A stretch of DNA of 63,367 nucleotides, the filler included, from Globobulimina sp. (Eukaryota), in assembly GCA_003354225.1 (NCBI GenBank). It is 25 parts of 25 records of this genome, joined end to end, with 100 filler letters (N's around TTAATTAATTAA, not from the genome) between each part and the next. Parts side by side here need not be neighbours in the genome. Positions count along the whole stretch, not along the records: positions 58,396 to 60,831 come from PIVH01006694.1; positions 60,932 to 63,367 come from PIVH01006695.1; 23 more parts are not named here. The stretch is one strand, 5' to 3'. This document shows, one piece after another, positions 60,660 through 63,367 of the stretch. A model generated the notes under the pieces. That model was not told where the DNA came from, searched no databases, and worked only from the letters and a program-made list of their open reading frames with translations. Each line of letters begins with the position of its first letter. The stretch's first letter is position 1. The translations under genes and the position numbers were made by a program.

Positions 60660-60940
60660 ATTACTTACTTACGTTTTGTTTATTTTATGCATTGATGTAA
60701 ATTGACAGATTTGACAGTTCATTTTTTTTGTATTTTAGATTAAAAGCAGCTTAAATAAATCTTTATGTCTTCGATGGACGAATTCTGTCAACTCAACAGG
60801 AAGATTTATTTGAGCTGTTTTTAATCTTACTNNNNNNNNNNNNNNNNNNNNNNNNNNNNNNNNNNNNNNNNNNNNTTAATTAATTAANNNNNNNNNNNNN
60901 NNNNNNNNNNNNNNNNNNNNNNNNNNNNNNNTTTTCTCAC

Positions 60941-62943
60941 ATGGCACTAGCGTCAAATAATCGAAACCTAATTTGTGTGATTTTTAGCATTGTTGTATAT
61001 CTGGTCTACGTAACACGTTCCATTGGCATTGAAGAAGATGAAGTGATGCGTAATTGGGCAGAGAGTAAAAGCGGTGTAATGTTTAGTGGAGTTTTGACAA
61101 ATAACAGCGTATTACAAAGGGAACCAGAATATGCTGCTTTGTATGGAACATCTGACGCACCAAATACATCGATACTATTACTTATAAAAGATGAGAACAC
61201 GGATTCCACCCACAATTATTCGACAACCTCAATGGAGAATGGTGATTGGAAGATAGTATTAGGTGAAACCTATGAGAATGGGGGCAATTACACATTGACT
61301 ATTTATTGTAATCAATGCATTTCAGATCCACGACATTCAACAATATACAATATAACATTTGGCGATGTCTATTTATGTTTGGGTCAATCCAATATGGCGT
61401 TAGAAGTTGAGTTTACATTCAATGCCAAAAATACCTATGCGAATATTACTGAATTGGGCAAATATTCCAATATTAGATTCTATACTAAACGCAAAATGGC
61501 AACACATGATAATATATCACCGTTTGTGATTCCTGCCGAAAATGGTGGAAATAATCATGAATATGAATGGCATTTCAGTTCAAACATAGAACGAGTTTCA
61601 AGGTTTTCTGCAACGTGTTGGTACACAGCACAATCATTGGTGGATATGTATAAAATGAGCAATATTAATTTTGGTCTCATCGTTTCTGCTGTCGGTGGGA
61701 CGCCAATTGAAGTTAGGCGACTTTTGCAAACTGTTTACAAACTATCAAAATAAATTTGTGTTTGTCAGAGCTGGATAATGAACAAAACCATTGAGACCTC
61801 AGTTTGTGGCGAAACAAACAATGATTGTCCAGGCGAAGAATGCGGCACATTGTACAATGGCATGGTTTTGCCATTCATCAATATGACAATAAAAGGCATC
61901 ATATGGTATCAGGGCGAAAGAAATGTGAGACAACAAATGAGAAATTATTCTGCTGTTTCGCCATATTCGTGTTTAGAAAAATTAATGATTGACAAATATC
62001 ACAGTGTTTGGAACAAAAAATATTTGCCATTTGGCATTGTCGAGTTAGCGGGTGGAACATCTGCAGGATCTCCCAAAGCAATGCCGTATTTTCGACATGC
62101 ACAGTCTGGAAATTACGGCATTTTGCCAAATAAACAAATGATTAATGTGTTTATGGCGCAAGCGTATGACATTGGTTTGTATATTCATATTAGCAAACAA
62201 TCAAACACTCAGAAGCATTGATCCTGTGTTGTTATTTCGGGAATATATAATCTCCAAACACAGGACCTCGAATCTCGGTGCTTTTAAGTATGCGATTGTT
62301 TGCATAAAATGATGTCCGTGAAGGCGACCCAGGGCATAGTATGAAATATCATGCGTACGATTTGAATACAACCAAATGGTTTGGCGGCCCAATCCATCCC
62401 CGGCCAAAATTGTATGTCGGTCAAAGAATGGCAATGAATATAAATAAGTTTATTTATAATAATAACCAAATATGGAAGGGGCCATTGTTGAAAGGATGTG
62501 ATTTCGACAGAAATAGTAAAATAATAACAATCGATTTTAATGAAAATATGTTGTTTGATGAAAAGGTTATTGTTCAACCATTTAATTTGTGGTACAATGA
62601 GTCTTTGGCACAAACAGTGAAATATTGGTCAACAATAAAACTTTTCATAAATCAAAGTGTTTGGAGGGATTTGGTTGGAATGAATGTGTTTTCTGTGGAT
62701 AGCAATGGATACACAGTAAATATAAATATTTCCTCTATGCTGGAAAACGATGTCACTTCAATTGATGGGATAAGTTATGCGTGGTCGGATTATCCGTGTT
62801 GTGGTGATTTGGACAGAAATCAGCATCCGTGCCCAATGAATATGTGTCCAATTATTTCATCAAAATCACGATTGCCGGCAGTACCCTTTCAAGCCAAAAT
62901 TGTAGATGACAAATGTCAATGTTTTGCGCCACAAAAATGTTAA
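60941..62943 (+). CDS. Sialate O-acetylesterase (SIAE/SASA family)
   Basis: Signal peptide; FGDVYLCLGQSNM, FSATCW, AVGGTPIE|SW, WYQGE, GPIHPRPK. Introns 61712-61768 and probably 62175-62323. Confidence 0.9.
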
Positions 62944-63367
62944 AACATTTATTTATATATTTACATTTATGTTATTTTGATTTATTTAAAACAAAAATTG
63001 CAATTTGTGAAAGGTGATGGATCTGAATACGTATTGCCTGAGATTGCAACTAAAGCGCCAACAAATAATGATATATATTTAGAGATTGATATTGCTTTTG
63101 ATAATATCACATTATTTGCTTTATTTTTAGTTTTTGCTCCATGTGTATTATTTAATGGTACTTTGATTTGTTATTATTGTTTCTCAAACAGACAAAAATA
63201 ATAAGTCTTGCACTTATATCTGTTTTTTTTTGATTTGTTACCTTTTTTTTTTCTTATAAGAGTTTGTGCATTTAAGTGAATTGAAAGTAAAATCACTACA
63301 GTGATGTATCGGATAAGATGCAGACGCTATGACCACTTTTTCAATATGACCAAATATTACTGGACCA

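Overview
This window is not one locus. It is 25 unrelated contigs of 2436-2441 bp, sorted by decreasing length and joined by an artificial 100-nt linker (N44-TTAATTAATTAA-N44), so no gene neighbourhood can be inferred across a linker. The DNA is AT-rich eukaryotic (protist) nuclear sequence with short GT-AG introns (mostly 40-75 nt) and frequent single-base indels at homopolymers. The gene families (7TM-RGS, XK-like, SPRY, SAM, PT-repeat surface proteins) resemble those of a foraminiferan or other rhizarian; that assignment is inference. Recognisable host genes include a PP2A-A-like HEAT protein, a membrane RING E3-like protein, a calcyphosin-like protein, two G-protein gamma subunits, 7TM-RGS proteins, an actin-related protein, acetyl-CoA synthetase, sialate O-acetylesterase, a sulfotransferase, and two bacterial-family enzymes ending in PTS1 tripeptides. 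The mobile elements are the most notable content: a Polinton/adintovirus-type protein-primed DNA polymerase B split by five spliceosomal introns, a Penelope-like RT with no C-terminal endonuclease, an LTR retrotransposon with a tRNA-Cys-like PBS, an intron-containing pogo-like transposase, and a ~1.6-kb inverted-repeat-bounded cassette carrying an intact 7TM gene. All family calls come from visual motif recognition; no searches were run.
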